A DNA stretch of 64,000 nt from an uncultured Armatimonadia bacterium (GTDB lineage Bacteria > Armatimonadota > Zipacnadia > CAVVLO01): assembly GCA_963749155.1 (NCBI GenBank), contig CAVVLO010000002.1, positions 32,001 through 96,000 of the forward strand. The letters run 5' to 3'. This document shows, in pieces, positions 1 through 9,839 of the stretch. Both the position numbers and the translations under genes were made by a program. The notes under the pieces were generated by a model. The model saw only the letters and a list, made by a program, of their open reading frames with translations, had not been told where the DNA came from and searched no databases. The stretch's first letter is position 1. The number at the start of each line of letters is the position of its first letter.

Positions 1-100
1 CGTCTCGACAGTCTAGGTTGTACTTTCGAAGCCTTCTCGCGTTATATGCCTTCGGCCTTGGGGCAGGCTTTGGTGTCCCTCTTGCGAACACTGGTATGAG

Positions 101-583
101 GTGAGTTTTGTGAATGGAATAATCGTAATTCTAATCTTGTTGCTTCTAGTCAGCAGTTGCTCGGCTGATTTTGTTCCCCGGCTGCTTGCCTTTCGCGCTG
201 AGAGGGCCACCTTCGAGCCAGGACAAAATATAAGGCTCGAATGGGCCTTCACCAATACAGGCGATTCCCCTGCTTTAAAGCCTTATAAGATATTCGTCCA
301 TGTTCGTCCCGCAGGCCAGCCAGATGGTACCCCTCCGATGCTTGGAGCCGATTTCGAGCCCCTTGCCGCAACCTGCTGGTGGGAACCGAACGCGCTAATA
401 CGTGAGAGCTGCAACCTGGGGATCCCGGCTGACTGTCCAGAGGGCGACTTCTCCTTATTCATTGGATTCTACGATCCCGCCACCGGCGACAGGCTGTTAC
501 TGGACAATCCGGAGCTCGAGAGAGAACCTTCCCGGACCCTGGTAGCCACTCTGCATGTCTCGAAGACCCCTGCTAATGCTTGA
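101..583 (+). CDS. Secreted Ig-like/accessory domain; probably the N-terminus of the next gene, split by a frameshift near 580
   Basis: Signal peptide (IIVILILLLLVSSCSA); beta-rich YKIFVHV..W.P...IGFYDPATGDRL pattern; the downstream ORF overlaps and has no signal peptide or clear RBS. Confidence 0.6.
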   Translation: MSFVNGIIVILILLLLVSSCSADFVPRLLAFRAERATFEPGQNIRLEWAFTNTGDSPALKPYKIFVHVRPAGQPDGTPPMLGADFEPLAATCWWEPNALIRESCNLGIPADCPEGDFSLFIGFYDPATGDRLLLDNPELEREPSRTLVATLHVSKTPANA

Positions 584-2669
584 TCCTCTAGAACTAAACA
601 TCGGCGAACTCGCCTCTCATCCCCCTCTTGCAGAATTAATCAGAGAGCGGCTTGCTGGAAAAACCCGCGTAGAACTGCCTGGGCAGCACTTGACAGCGAG
701 TTTTGCCCAGAGAGCGCCCTACCCGCTTAAGCTGACTTTTGGCGACCTGAGCTTTGACGGCTGGCGCGGCTTTGCGCCCTGGGCAGTGAAATTTAGAACT
801 GCCCCCGATGGGCCAGTACAGTCGGCGGTTGATGGAGGAGGCTTGTCTTTTGAGCCAGCCGAGCGAGCTAACGGCGCCTTGCGTTGGCAGGCTAGTGCCC
901 AGTCCGCTGGGGAGGAAGTCCTGCGTTTCGTGGTGGAAGCAAGCCTGGCCGAAGACGAGTTACTGCTCCGCATAAAAGATGTGTCCGAGGCGCCGGGCTA
1001 CCTGCTGCTCAGCTTGCAACTGCCCGAACTGGCCTCGGTTGCCGGCCCTGAGGCAGCTTTGGTGCTGCCTGATTTTAGTGGCAGGCTGGTGAAGGTCGAG
1101 GACGCCACGCCTGGGACTCACAGGCTCGCGATGACTCCTCAGACCATCTGGCCTCTTGTGATCGCAGCGACCGCAGAGGGGGCAGCCGTTGTCAGAGTCG
1201 ATTCTCCAGATAGCGAACTGGGCGCCGAAATCGATGAAGAGAAGCAAGGTAATCGAGGCGCTGCACGGGCGGTACTGAACTACAGGCCGGTCACCCAGCC
1301 TCCGGCCGCGCCTATCCGGCTGGATGAGGAACTCACCGCTCGCATCACTCTTGTGCCCTCGGAGCACGGCACGCTGGACTCGGCCTGGGTGAGCGCGGCC
1401 AAACGACTGAGGGACGAGCTTGCGGCCACACCCAACCCGCTCTACCACGGCGCTTATATCTACAAGATCTTCTGCACGGCGCCGGGCGAGCCTGCCGAGA
1501 ACGCCACAACCTTCCCCGAGGCGCTCGAGCTGATCCGACGCGTTGCCGAGGTGACTGGCGGGGCCAAACAGGTCGTCTACCTTGTCGGCTGGCAGTACGA
1601 TGGACATGACTCGAAGTACCCGGCGATCTCGGAGGTCTGCGAGCGGCTGGGCGGACGCGAGGCACTGCTTGCACTGATTGAGGACGCCAAGGCCTACAAC
1701 GCGACGGTTTCCTTCCACGACAACTACGACGACGCCTATATGGACAGCCCCGACTGGGATCCCAATCTTGTCGCCTGGGACTGGCAGGGCAATCTGCAGA
1801 AGGGCGGCATCTGGGGCGGCGGGCAGTCTTATGTCCTTGCCAATGCCAAGTATGCGGCAGAAGCAGGGCTCCAGCGCGTTCAGCGCACCTGCGCGCTGTA
1901 TCCGGTGGAGGACAGCTACCATATCGATGTCTTGTCGGCAGTACCCTTTCACCACGATTTCCGCCCCGAGGCCCCCGAGAACGCCTCAGCCAGCATCAAA
2001 GGCAAACTCGCCATCGTGGACGAGTTCCGCCGCCACGGGCTGGACGTAACAAGCGAGTTCCTGACTCAGCCTTTTGTCGAGAGCATCAACCATTACTGGC
2101 ACTTGCCACGTGTGGGCGGTACAGGGCTGGGTGGAGAGTCGATACCACTACTTTCGGCGCTGCTGCACGGCAAGGTGACCTGGGGAGGTGGCAACCAGGG
2201 AGAAGACCATTACCTGGCCAACGTTGCCCTCTATGGGGCCACCTTCTCGGCCGACTGGCGCAAGCAGACAAACGAGTGGTCTATCGCTGAGACATACTAT
2301 TTCTGCACGGTGCCCTGGGCGGCTTTCTCGGACAGGCTAATCAGCGACATAACGCATGAAGGCAGCCTCTGGCGCGTGACCTATGACGAGGCAAACTACG
2401 TCGAAGAAGATACCCAAACCGGCGAATATCGAGTTGTGCAAGAGGGCTGGCCTCTAATCGAGAACGGAGTGTGCAGACTGCGCCAGGAGGGCAGAGCGCT
2501 CGTATGTGCCAGGCAAGAAGGAGTGGTTACCCTTCCCCCTTGCTGGCCTGAAGGGGCTGTGCTAAACGTCCGGCATCTTGGAGACGGGACTCAGATTCCC
2601 TTTGAGATAACAACTGAAGGGCTGCGGTTCGAGGTAGATACGCTTGTACCCATCGAGGTTATCTGGTAG
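555..2669 (+). CDS. GH101-like glycoside hydrolase (endo-alpha-N-acetylgalactosaminidase-like)
   Basis: Motifs GWQYDGHDSKYP, SFHDNYDDAY, YHIDV (putative nucleophile Asp) and VTSEF (putative acid/base Glu). Confidence 0.65.
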   Translation: MSRRPLLMLDPLELNIGELASHPPLAELIRERLAGKTRVELPGQHLTASFAQRAPYPLKLTFGDLSFDGWRGFAPWAVKFRTAPDGPVQSAVDGGGLSFEPAERANGALRWQASAQSAGEEVLRFVVEASLAEDELLLRIKDVSEAPGYLLLSLQLPELASVAGPEAALVLPDFSGRLVKVEDATPGTHRLAMTPQTIWPLVIAATAEGAAVVRVDSPDSELGAEIDEEKQGNRGAARAVLNYRPVTQPPAAPIRLDEELTARITLVPSEHGTLDSAWVSAAKRLRDELAATPNPLYHGAYIYKIFCTAPGEPAENATTFPEALELIRRVAEVTGGAKQVVYLVGWQYDGHDSKYPAISEVCERLGGREALLALIEDAKAYNATVSFHDNYDDAYMDSPDWDPNLVAWDWQGNLQKGGIWGGGQSYVLANAKYAAEAGLQRVQRTCALYPVEDSYHIDVLSAVPFHHDFRPEAPENASASIKGKLAIVDEFRRHGLDVTSEFLTQPFVESINHYWHLPRVGGTGLGGESIPLLSALLHGKVTWGGGNQGEDHYLANVALYGATFSADWRKQTNEWSIAETYYFCTVPWAAFSDRLISDITHEGSLWRVTYDEANYVEEDTQTGEYRVVQEGWPLIENGVCRLRQEGRALVCARQEGVVTLPPCWPEGAVLNVRHLGDGTQIPFEITTEGLRFEVDTLVPIEVIW

Positions 2670-4056
2670 CGGCATACTGTTAGGCTTGCTCTTCTTGCTG
2701 GCTGGATCTTGCTTGGCCCAGCCGCAAGAAGAAGCTCCGGCCTGGCGTTTTGGCGCTTTTCCCGCTACGCCAGATCCAAGACTCGGCGCGGCTGGCTTCA
2801 CGTTTGCCACCGAACTTGGCCTGACCTGGCACCGCAACCAGGTCGCAGCTTTCTGGACGCTGGCCCAGCCCTCTGGAGAGGCGAGAGAGAAAGGCAATTT
2901 CGACTGGACCTTGCTTGATCTTTATTGCGGTCTTCCGAATCCAGGCCTCGACGTCCTTTGGTCTCTGGCTCCCTGGAATCCCCTGGAGCGACCTGATCCC
3001 TCTACCTTCGATGAGCCCGCCTGGCGGAAGTTCGTCACCGCCCTTATTGAGCGCTACGATGGCGATGGCAAGGATGATGCGCCTGGCAGTCCGAGAGTTG
3101 AAGCCTGGCAGGTCGTAAATCGGCCTAACCAGCTTGGCCTGTCTGCTTCTTTCTATGGGCAACTTGTGAAAGCAACACGCGAAGCGGCAAGAGAAGCCGA
3201 TCCGGCAGCCAAACTGGTCCTGGGCGCCTGGGGCGGCTCTGACCTGGCGCCCGAACAAGCGATGCAGGGCTGGCCAACCTACTTCAGCCAGGTGCTGAAG
3301 GTGCTCTCTGACGAGGACTTCGACGCTGTGGCGCTAGAGTGGTTTGGCGACGCCAGGGTGGCCTCCGTCAGCTTTGCCGACTATATCCAACTGGTCAGGA
3401 CGCAACTGGATACCGCAGGCTTCGCGGACAAACCTCTATGGGTCACTTGCACAGGCACTTTTACTGGGCAAGTTGAAGGCCTGCGCGGCAGCCAGTCGGA
3501 ACAGGAACAGGCCACTGCCCTCTGCAAGCGGTTGGTGACTGCCCTGGCACTTGGGTGCGAGCGATTCGCCTGGGGCTATGGCCTGGCAGAAAACTCCGAA
3601 GCCAATACGCCTCTCCTCAGACAGACTGGCCTGGTCTTCGATGGCAAGGGTGAAGCTGACAGAGGCCCTCTTCGCCGCAAGCTGGCCTTCTACACCTACG
3701 GCCTGTTGATCTCCGAGCTTGCCTCTGCCTCGCCTGAGGGCATCTTGCGACAGCAGCTTGCTCCGGCAAGCGCCTGGGTTGTAGCTTTCGACCGGCCAGA
3801 GGGCCAACTCCTTATCGTTTGGTGGGACTGGTGGAAAGACGGCGCAACCGAACGTGCCAGGCTGACTAGCGAGCTGGAAGTAAACGTGCCTGAAGTGCTG
3901 GTGACCCCTGTGCTGGCTGATCAGCGGGGCAGGTTCTCCTCCGAGCGAATCGAGACTGACACTGGGTTGCTCACCCTCGAGCTTGGTCCTGTGCCGCTGC
4001 TAATCGAGCTACCGCCTCCCCGCTCGCAGGATACTAGCCCTCAGGCGAGAAATTAG
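2644..4056 (+). CDS. Secreted GH39/GH5-like (clan GH-A) TIM-barrel protein with catalytic residues substituted
   Basis: TTG start with GAGGT RBS; signal peptide; FDWT.LD, ERYDGDG.DD, WQVVNRPN, LWVTCTG, SEQEQA, KLAFY patterns. Confidence 0.65.
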   Translation: MYPSRLSGSGILLGLLFLLAGSCLAQPQEEAPAWRFGAFPATPDPRLGAAGFTFATELGLTWHRNQVAAFWTLAQPSGEAREKGNFDWTLLDLYCGLPNPGLDVLWSLAPWNPLERPDPSTFDEPAWRKFVTALIERYDGDGKDDAPGSPRVEAWQVVNRPNQLGLSASFYGQLVKATREAAREADPAAKLVLGAWGGSDLAPEQAMQGWPTYFSQVLKVLSDEDFDAVALEWFGDARVASVSFADYIQLVRTQLDTAGFADKPLWVTCTGTFTGQVEGLRGSQSEQEQATALCKRLVTALALGCERFAWGYGLAENSEANTPLLRQTGLVFDGKGEADRGPLRRKLAFYTYGLLISELASASPEGILRQQLAPASAWVVAFDRPEGQLLIVWWDWWKDGATERARLTSELEVNVPEVLVTPVLADQRGRFSSERIETDTGLLTLELGPVPLLIELPPPRSQDTSPQARN

Positions 4057-4146
4057 GAGAGCGCGCCGCTGACGCAAGGCGCCCGCTTGTGTTACGATTG
4101 AGCACCTCGGAGAGCCTCACCGATGGCTTTGAAGGAGTGGTCGCCA

Positions 4147-6062
4147 TGCGTAAAATCGTCGCTCTAAGCCTACTAACGCTGGTTCTGGTTTTGGTGATTA
4201 CCAGCCTCATCCAGGCCGAACCTGTGCGTTTTGGAGTCGCCGTGAGGGCCTGGCCTACTGCCGATGTGCCCGCGACACCGCTCTTTACTGAAGCCAAAAC
4301 GCTTGGCGCCGAACTCTGCCGGGTGCTGGTGCCCTGGTCGCTGGTTCAACCGACCCCCGATACCTATGACTGGGCTAGCCTGGATTTGATGGTGGCCCAG
4401 GCCGCCGAGGCAGGCATCCAGTTGGTACCAGTGGTCGCTGCCGCCCCCGCCTGGGCACTGCCTCTCAAAGACGCCTCGCTGCCTTTCGCCGAGTTTATGC
4501 GCGAGGCAACCACCAGATACAAGGGCCAGATTGCCTACTGGCAGGTTTGGACCAACGAGAACCTGGGCGTCTACTGGGATGGCGAGCCAAATCCCACCAG
4601 TTATGCCAAGCTCCTGCGCGCAGGCTATCTGGCCGCCCACAGGGGCGATTCCGCAGCAAGTGTCGTGCTTGGTTCTCCCTGGGGCGCTGACACCGGTTAT
4701 CTGACTGGCCTGTATGAAGCAGGCGCAGGCCCTTATTTTGACATCGCCTCGCTCAACTTGTTCACCTATCCTAACGCTCCCGAGGCTGACTTGCCCGAGT
4801 CGCCGGCGATGCCTGGCCAGCTTGCGACTTTCCGCGATGTGATGACCGCCCAGGGTGATGAAGCCAAGCCGCTCTGGGTAACTAGCCTGGGTTGGCCTAC
4901 CAGTGAAGTCGCCACTCTGGAGCGCCTCTCGGCCATCTTGCCTCCGATGCTGCCGCTGGCCCTGGCCGAGTTGGTAACCGAACCTCACGTCCAGCAGGTT
5001 GCTGTTTTTCACGAGCCTGAGCTGCCTGGCTCCGAGGACAGGCGACTTGAATATGTCACCCGCTGGGTCCAGGAAAGCGGTCTGCGCTGCAAGGTCGTCG
5101 ACACTACCGAACTGACTCTTGCCGCGCCGACTGATTATGCGGCCTGGATTTTCCCGCAGGGGCAAGTCTTCCCCACTGTGCTAAAAGAACCCCTGCTTGC
5201 TTTCCTGCGCAGTGGCGGCCTGGTTGTCTGTGCCTTTGACCGGCCTTTCGCCAAGCTCGCAGTCAAGACGAAAAAGGGCGACTGGGTCGTTACTCCCAAC
5301 GAGCAACTGCCCGAATGGGAAGCCTTGCTGCGGTACCAGACCAGCCCGGTGCCCGAGGGAGAAGGCCTGATTACTGCCGAAACCGATCCCGAGCTTGGTA
5401 TGCAGCTTCCCGACCCGCATCTGGCAAGCCCCTGGGTGGTCCAACCAGGCCAGCTTGGCTCTGGAGATATGTTTATCCCGCTGATTTGGTCGAAACGAGA
5501 AGAGCAGTCACTTGGTATACAAGCGGCCTTCATCCGATATGACAGCGACCTGAAGGGTGGGCTTACCTTGTTGCTGACCCAGGTAGCTGGTGGCGGCGTC
5601 TCGGAGGAACTGCAGGCCGATTACCTGCAGCGCGCCCTGACCCTGGCCTTCGCCAAAGGCGCAACGGGAGCCTTCTGGTACGAGTTGCAAGAGCCCCTTG
5701 TGGCGGGTGAAGCCGAGACACTTCACTTCGGCCTGCTGCGCGCTGATGGCTCTCGTAAACCTGCTTACGGTGCTTATCAGGTGATGTCAAAAGCACTGAC
5801 GGGACGGCATTTCATCGGCGCAGTCGAGTTGGCCAAGGGCGTTTTCGGTTACAACTTCGCCACCGAGGACGATCTGGATGTCACCAGTGTGCTTTGGACC
5901 AATGGCACGCCGACTGAAATCACTGTCAATGTCTCAGGTCACCAGGTGGATGTGCTCGATGAAAGGCTGCGTCCAAGGGAATTTTATCGCCAGGGCGACA
6001 AGCTGACCTTCACCGCCAACGGCAAGGTCACCTTCCTCGTCAGCGCCAAGAAAGTAAACTGA
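4147..6062 (+). CDS. Secreted GH39/GH5-like protein with inserted GATase-like domain; nucleophile position is Ser
   Basis: GAAGGAG RBS before ATG 4147; signal peptide; YDWASLD, WQVWTNEN, LWVTSLGWPT, GVSEELQADYL, FGLLRADGSRKPAY. Confidence 0.7.
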
Positions 6063-6086
6063 GCCTGCCTGACAGCTGACACTGAG

Positions 6087-6116
6087 AAAAGGTGAGTCTT
6101 CGGACTCACCTTTTTT
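6087..6116. terminator. Bidirectional intrinsic terminator
   Basis: AAAA-GGTGAGTC-TTCG-GACTCACC-TTTTTT between convergent genes. Confidence 0.9.
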
Positions 6117-7872
6117 AGTTACGCCCGAGCCACTTGGCCAGGTCGCTTGCACTACGAGTATTGAGAATAGCTTTTGCCTCAGCCCACCCTCGCCGGGCCG
6201 TCCATACGCCGTATTCCATAAGTTGAAGCTGGGAAGCATGATGAGCATCCGTGCCCAAAGCCAGCAAGCACCCTTGTTCGATGGCGCGCCGACAGTGCGT
6301 ATCTGACAGGTCTAACCGCTTCGGCTGAGCGTTCACTTCGAGCGCCTTGCCTTCTTCGGCAGCGACTTTGAAAACTTCTTCCAGATCCACGAGATACGGT
6401 TCTCGCTCGTTGATTAGCCGGCCCGTGGGATGGGCGAGAATCCTCACCAGGGGGTGCTGCAAGCCTTTCACCAGACGCGCTGTCTGCTGCGGCTCGGGCA
6501 GGTTGAACCGGCTGTGTACGGTCGCAAGGACGAGGTCGAGGCGCTCCAGCACTATATCCGGCAGGTCCAGGGTGCCATCCGGATGCAGGTCCACCTCACA
6601 GCCGGAAAAAAGGGTGAGGTCAGGAAACTGCTTGCGCGCCTTTTCAATTGCCTCAAGCTGTCCTAGCAAGCCTTCGGCGTCCAGTCCACCGGCCTGATGC
6701 TGGGAGACCGAGTGATCAGTAATAGCCAGGTATTCATAGCCTCGGGCCAAGGCTGCCTCACAGAGTGCTTCCAGACTGGACTGCCCATCGCTTGCCGTGG
6801 TGTGAAGGTGCAGGTCGCCGCGTATCTCTTCCAGCTCAACAAGCTTCGGCAGCCTGCCTTCTTCGGCCGCTTCGAACTCCCCCGTCGCCTGGCGTAGCTC
6901 AGGCGCAAAGCAAGGCAATCCCAACACTTCATAAACGCTCTCTTCGGTCTCGCCGGCCACTCGTGCATCGTCCTCCTCGCGGAAGACTCCATATTCGTTC
7001 ACTTTGAGACCTAGCTGCTTCGCTATATGGCGCACTCGAACATTATGGTCCTTGTTGCCGGTGAAATACTGCAGCGCAGCCCCGAAACTCTCCTCGGGCA
7101 CAGCTCGCAAGTCGACCTGCAAGCCGTTGCCCAGTATGACACTGGACCGGGTTGGCCCATGAGAAAGCACTCTGTCGACTCGAGGATGCCCAACAAAGGC
7201 TTCCATTACAGGCCCAGAGTCCTCACAGGTGACCAGCATATCCACATCGCCGATGGTTTCCTGGCGCCGGCGAAGACTGCCTCCGATGATTGCCTGCTGG
7301 ACGCCTTTAACCCCGCGTATACGTCTCAGCAAGTTTTCTGCGTGCTCTCTGGCCTCATCAAGTCGGAATCGCTGGCTGTGCCTGGCGGCCTGTTCAATGG
7401 CCATAAGGACGTTCTGCTCCAGCTTCTCACCAAAACCGGCAAGCTGGCGCAACTCTCCGTTAGCAGCAGCGGCCTGCAGTTGCTCGATGGTGGTGATACC
7501 GAGTTCCTGATAAATCTGGGCGGCGCGTTTCGGGCCAAATCCCTGCAGACTTGCAATCTCAAGCAACCCTGGGGGGAACTCTGCCCGCAGCTTCTCGAGG
7601 TAATCCAGCTTGCCCGTGGTGATGAGTTCGGTCAGCTTCTGCCCAATCGCCTCCCCGACGCCAGGCAGAGCTTCCAGAATGCCCTCGGCCAGCAGTTTAC
7701 TGGCCGGCTCGCTCAGGGTCTGAAGCGCCCGCGCAGCTCGCTCATACGCGCGCAGCTTGAAAGGGTTCTCCTTCTTCAACGCCAGCAGTACAGCGATATC
7801 TTCCATCGCCCTGGCCAGTTCGAGGTTGGTAAGTTCGTGGCTTTCTTGGAAATAATCGTCATCCGGTGGCAT
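6115..7872 (-). CDS. polX: DNA polymerase X / PHP-domain 3'-5' exonuclease
   Basis: ENPFKLRAY, Hh[35 protein letters not shown] motifs GDLHLHT, ITDHS and LAHPTGR; GGAGG RBS before ATG 7872. Confidence 0.95.
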   Translation of the reverse strand: MPPDDDYFQESHELTNLELARAMEDIAVLLALKKENPFKLRAYERAARALQTLSEPASKLLAEGILEALPGVGEAIGQKLTELITTGKLDYLEKLRAEFPPGLLEIASLQGFGPKRAAQIYQELGITTIEQLQAAAANGELRQLAGFGEKLEQNVLMAIEQAARHSQRFRLDEAREHAENLLRRIRGVKGVQQAIIGGSLRRRQETIGDVDMLVTCEDSGPVMEAFVGHPRVDRVLSHGPTRSSVILGNGLQVDLRAVPEESFGAALQYFTGNKDHNVRVRHIAKQLGLKVNEYGVFREEDDARVAGETEESVYEVLGLPCFAPELRQATGEFEAAEEGRLPKLVELEEIRGDLHLHTTASDGQSSLEALCEAALARGYEYLAITDHSVSQHQAGGLDAEGLLGQLEAIEKARKQFPDLTLFSGCEVDLHPDGTLDLPDIVLERLDLVLATVHSRFNLPEPQQTARLVKGLQHPLVRILAHPTGRLINEREPYLVDLEEVFKVAAEEGKALEVNAQPKRLDLSDTHCRRAIEQGCLLALGTDAHHASQLQLMEYGVWTARRGWAEAKAILNTRSASDLAKWLGRN

Positions 7873-7894
7873 AGTCTTTCCTCCTCCGGTGGTA

Positions 7895-9547
7895 TCAGGG
7901 AGCAAGTACCAACTGACTGAAATCTTCTTCGGGCAGCCTGCCTGCCTGGAGCAGTCCCCCTGTGACCTGATCCCAAAGCCAACTGAGCGAAGCGGCTGGT
8001 CGCTCTGACTTGAGCCGCTGGACCAGTTGCCTGATTTCCTCAGGTGTCGCGGCAACTGGTCTGGGCAACGCCTCTTCTGTTTTACGGAAATGGAAGACCA
8101 GATCATGCTTGTTTGGCTTGCCCGTGTTTATCTGATTATACGACCGTTGCCCGACTACCACCCGGGTTGGCGCCCCTCCCGCGAAAGCGAAGCCTGCCTG
8201 CCGCACAGCTTCCTGCAAGGCCCAGAGAGCATCCCACCGGCTGTTCTGGTAACAGAGGGAGAGCCACCGGCCTGGCTTCAGCACCCGCCGGCACTCAGCC
8301 AGGGCGGCGGTCAGCCCCTTTTGCCAATCCTCAAGGTGCTTGCCTTGAAACCGGTTTACGACCAGCTCGCTCCTGTCCCAGTCAGCAGGTAGACCAAGCC
8401 AGGCTTCAAAGAGGAAGTTAAGCTCGGAATATTGCACACTGTCTGCATAGGGCGGGTCGGTCAGCACATAATCTACCGACTCATCTGCAAGCTGTGAAAG
8501 GTCTCTGGCGTCTGCCTGAGCCAGCAGGGCCGGAGGTTGACCGGCAAGCTCCTGCTTAGCCAGTGCGAGCGCCCTGGCGACACTTTCGGCTTTGCCGAGG
8601 AACAGATTCCAGACATTGTTTTCACGCTGCACGGGAGGCACATAATAGGTGCCTCTGAGAGTGTTGCCATTGCTCAAGGTGCACATCCGCGTGCAGCCCA
8701 GCAGGTTGCCGGAAAAGGCCAGCAGCAAGGGACGCCTTTGGGCCTCTGGCAGCGCCTCTATGCCAGCTTTCAGCTTTCCAAGCACTGCCAGAGCGCGTCC
8801 AGTGAAGAGCTGCGCAAGCTCAGCTATTCCTGCTCTATGCAGTCTTGCGGTCTCCTTCCCTACCGGAAAACGCGCCTTGGGTACACTCTCCGGTACCGGT
8901 AAAGCCTCTGTTGCGCGCCACAGGGCAAGGTCTGCCTGGAAAGCCGGGGCGGTTAAGCCCCGTGAGGCAAGCTTTGGCTTGCATCCTGCCAGGCACTCAT
9001 ATCGCAGCCCAACTGGCTCTGTGTCGCCCACAGGAAGGGCCTGGCCCAACTTCGCGCCACAGCTCTCACAGCCCTCTTGCCTCTGTTCAAGCAACTGGCT
9101 ATGTCCACATTTGGCGCACTGGAAACGGGTGGCGTGGACATAATAACGAGCGCTGGCCTGGCCTCCACAGCGGTCGCAGGTGGTGGCATACAACTCTTGA
9201 AACTGCGCGACAAGCTCTGCCTTGAGGTGCTCCAGTCCGAGTCTCAGGTCGCTTGCGCTGGCGGGATCAACAAGCTGCCTGGTCAGCCAGACAGCGAGGG
9301 GTGAGAGATCATAGGCCACAGCTTGCCTGCCAAGTGAACGTGCCGCAAAAGCGGTGCCCCCAGCCCCGCACATAGGATCAAGCACTACTTCGCCCGGATC
9401 CGTGAAATACTCGATGAGCTGCCTGAGCGCCTGGTGAGGTTTTTTCGAAGGATAAACGTGCAGGTCGTAAAGGGGCGAACGCCGATTGCTCACGCTAATC
9501 TCGGCGGGAGGTGAAAGGTGCTCTCCGCGCTTGTCAGCGGAGGCCAT
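7895..9547 (-). CDS. Orphan N6-adenine/N4-cytosine DNA methyltransferase with Cys-rich insert
   Basis: Motif I VLDPMCGAGGT, catalytic TDPPY, RVLKPG, several CxxC pairs. Confidence 0.85.
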   Translation of the reverse strand: MASADKRGEHLSPPAEISVSNRRSPLYDLHVYPSKKPHQALRQLIEYFTDPGEVVLDPMCGAGGTAFAARSLGRQAVAYDLSPLAVWLTRQLVDPASASDLRLGLEHLKAELVAQFQELYATTCDRCGGQASARYYVHATRFQCAKCGHSQLLEQRQEGCESCGAKLGQALPVGDTEPVGLRYECLAGCKPKLASRGLTAPAFQADLALWRATEALPVPESVPKARFPVGKETARLHRAGIAELAQLFTGRALAVLGKLKAGIEALPEAQRRPLLLAFSGNLLGCTRMCTLSNGNTLRGTYYVPPVQRENNVWNLFLGKAESVARALALAKQELAGQPPALLAQADARDLSQLADESVDYVLTDPPYADSVQYSELNFLFEAWLGLPADWDRSELVVNRFQGKHLEDWQKGLTAALAECRRVLKPGRWLSLCYQNSRWDALWALQEAVRQAGFAFAGGAPTRVVVGQRSYNQINTGKPNKHDLVFHFRKTEEALPRPVAATPEEIRQLVQRLKSERPAASLSWLWDQVTGGLLQAGRLPEEDFSQLVLAP

Positions 9548-9561
9548 ATGCCACTCGGAGG

Positions 9562-9771
9562 CTAGCTTGCGCCTTCGGTTTGGGTGTTCCGGCGCAATTC
9601 CTCAAGGAGTTTATCGGCCTTCTTCAAAGCGGAGTCGATTTTGCGCTCCACATTGCCGGCACTCTTACCGCGGCGCTTGAAGTACTCTACCAGGCTAGCG
9701 ATGGCGAGTGCCGAGGCCACCAGCACCACAAGCCAGGCGAGTAGATTCATACCCTTGCCGCTACGGCTCAT
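9562..9771 (-). CDS. Small single-TM protein with coiled-coil-like C-terminus
   Basis: Hydrophobic helix LLAWLVVLVASALAIASLV followed by KIDSALKKADKLLEELRR; GGAGGG RBS. Confidence 0.65.
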   Translation of the reverse strand: MSRSGKGMNLLAWLVVLVASALAIASLVEYFKRRGKSAGNVERKIDSALKKADKLLEELRRNTQTEGAS

Positions 9772-9839
9772 AGGACCCTCCAACCAGTGAGAACAACGAA
9801 TAAGCGCTGAGTTAGTATAGCCGCTTGATGCCCCTGTGG

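Noticed and set aside
960..1955. Long antisense ORFs (also 4173-5165, 7027-7920, 27238-28452, 38819-39688, 43309-44361, 60964-61944)
   Set aside because: Shadow frames opposite well-supported genes in GC-rich DNA; no recognisable motifs
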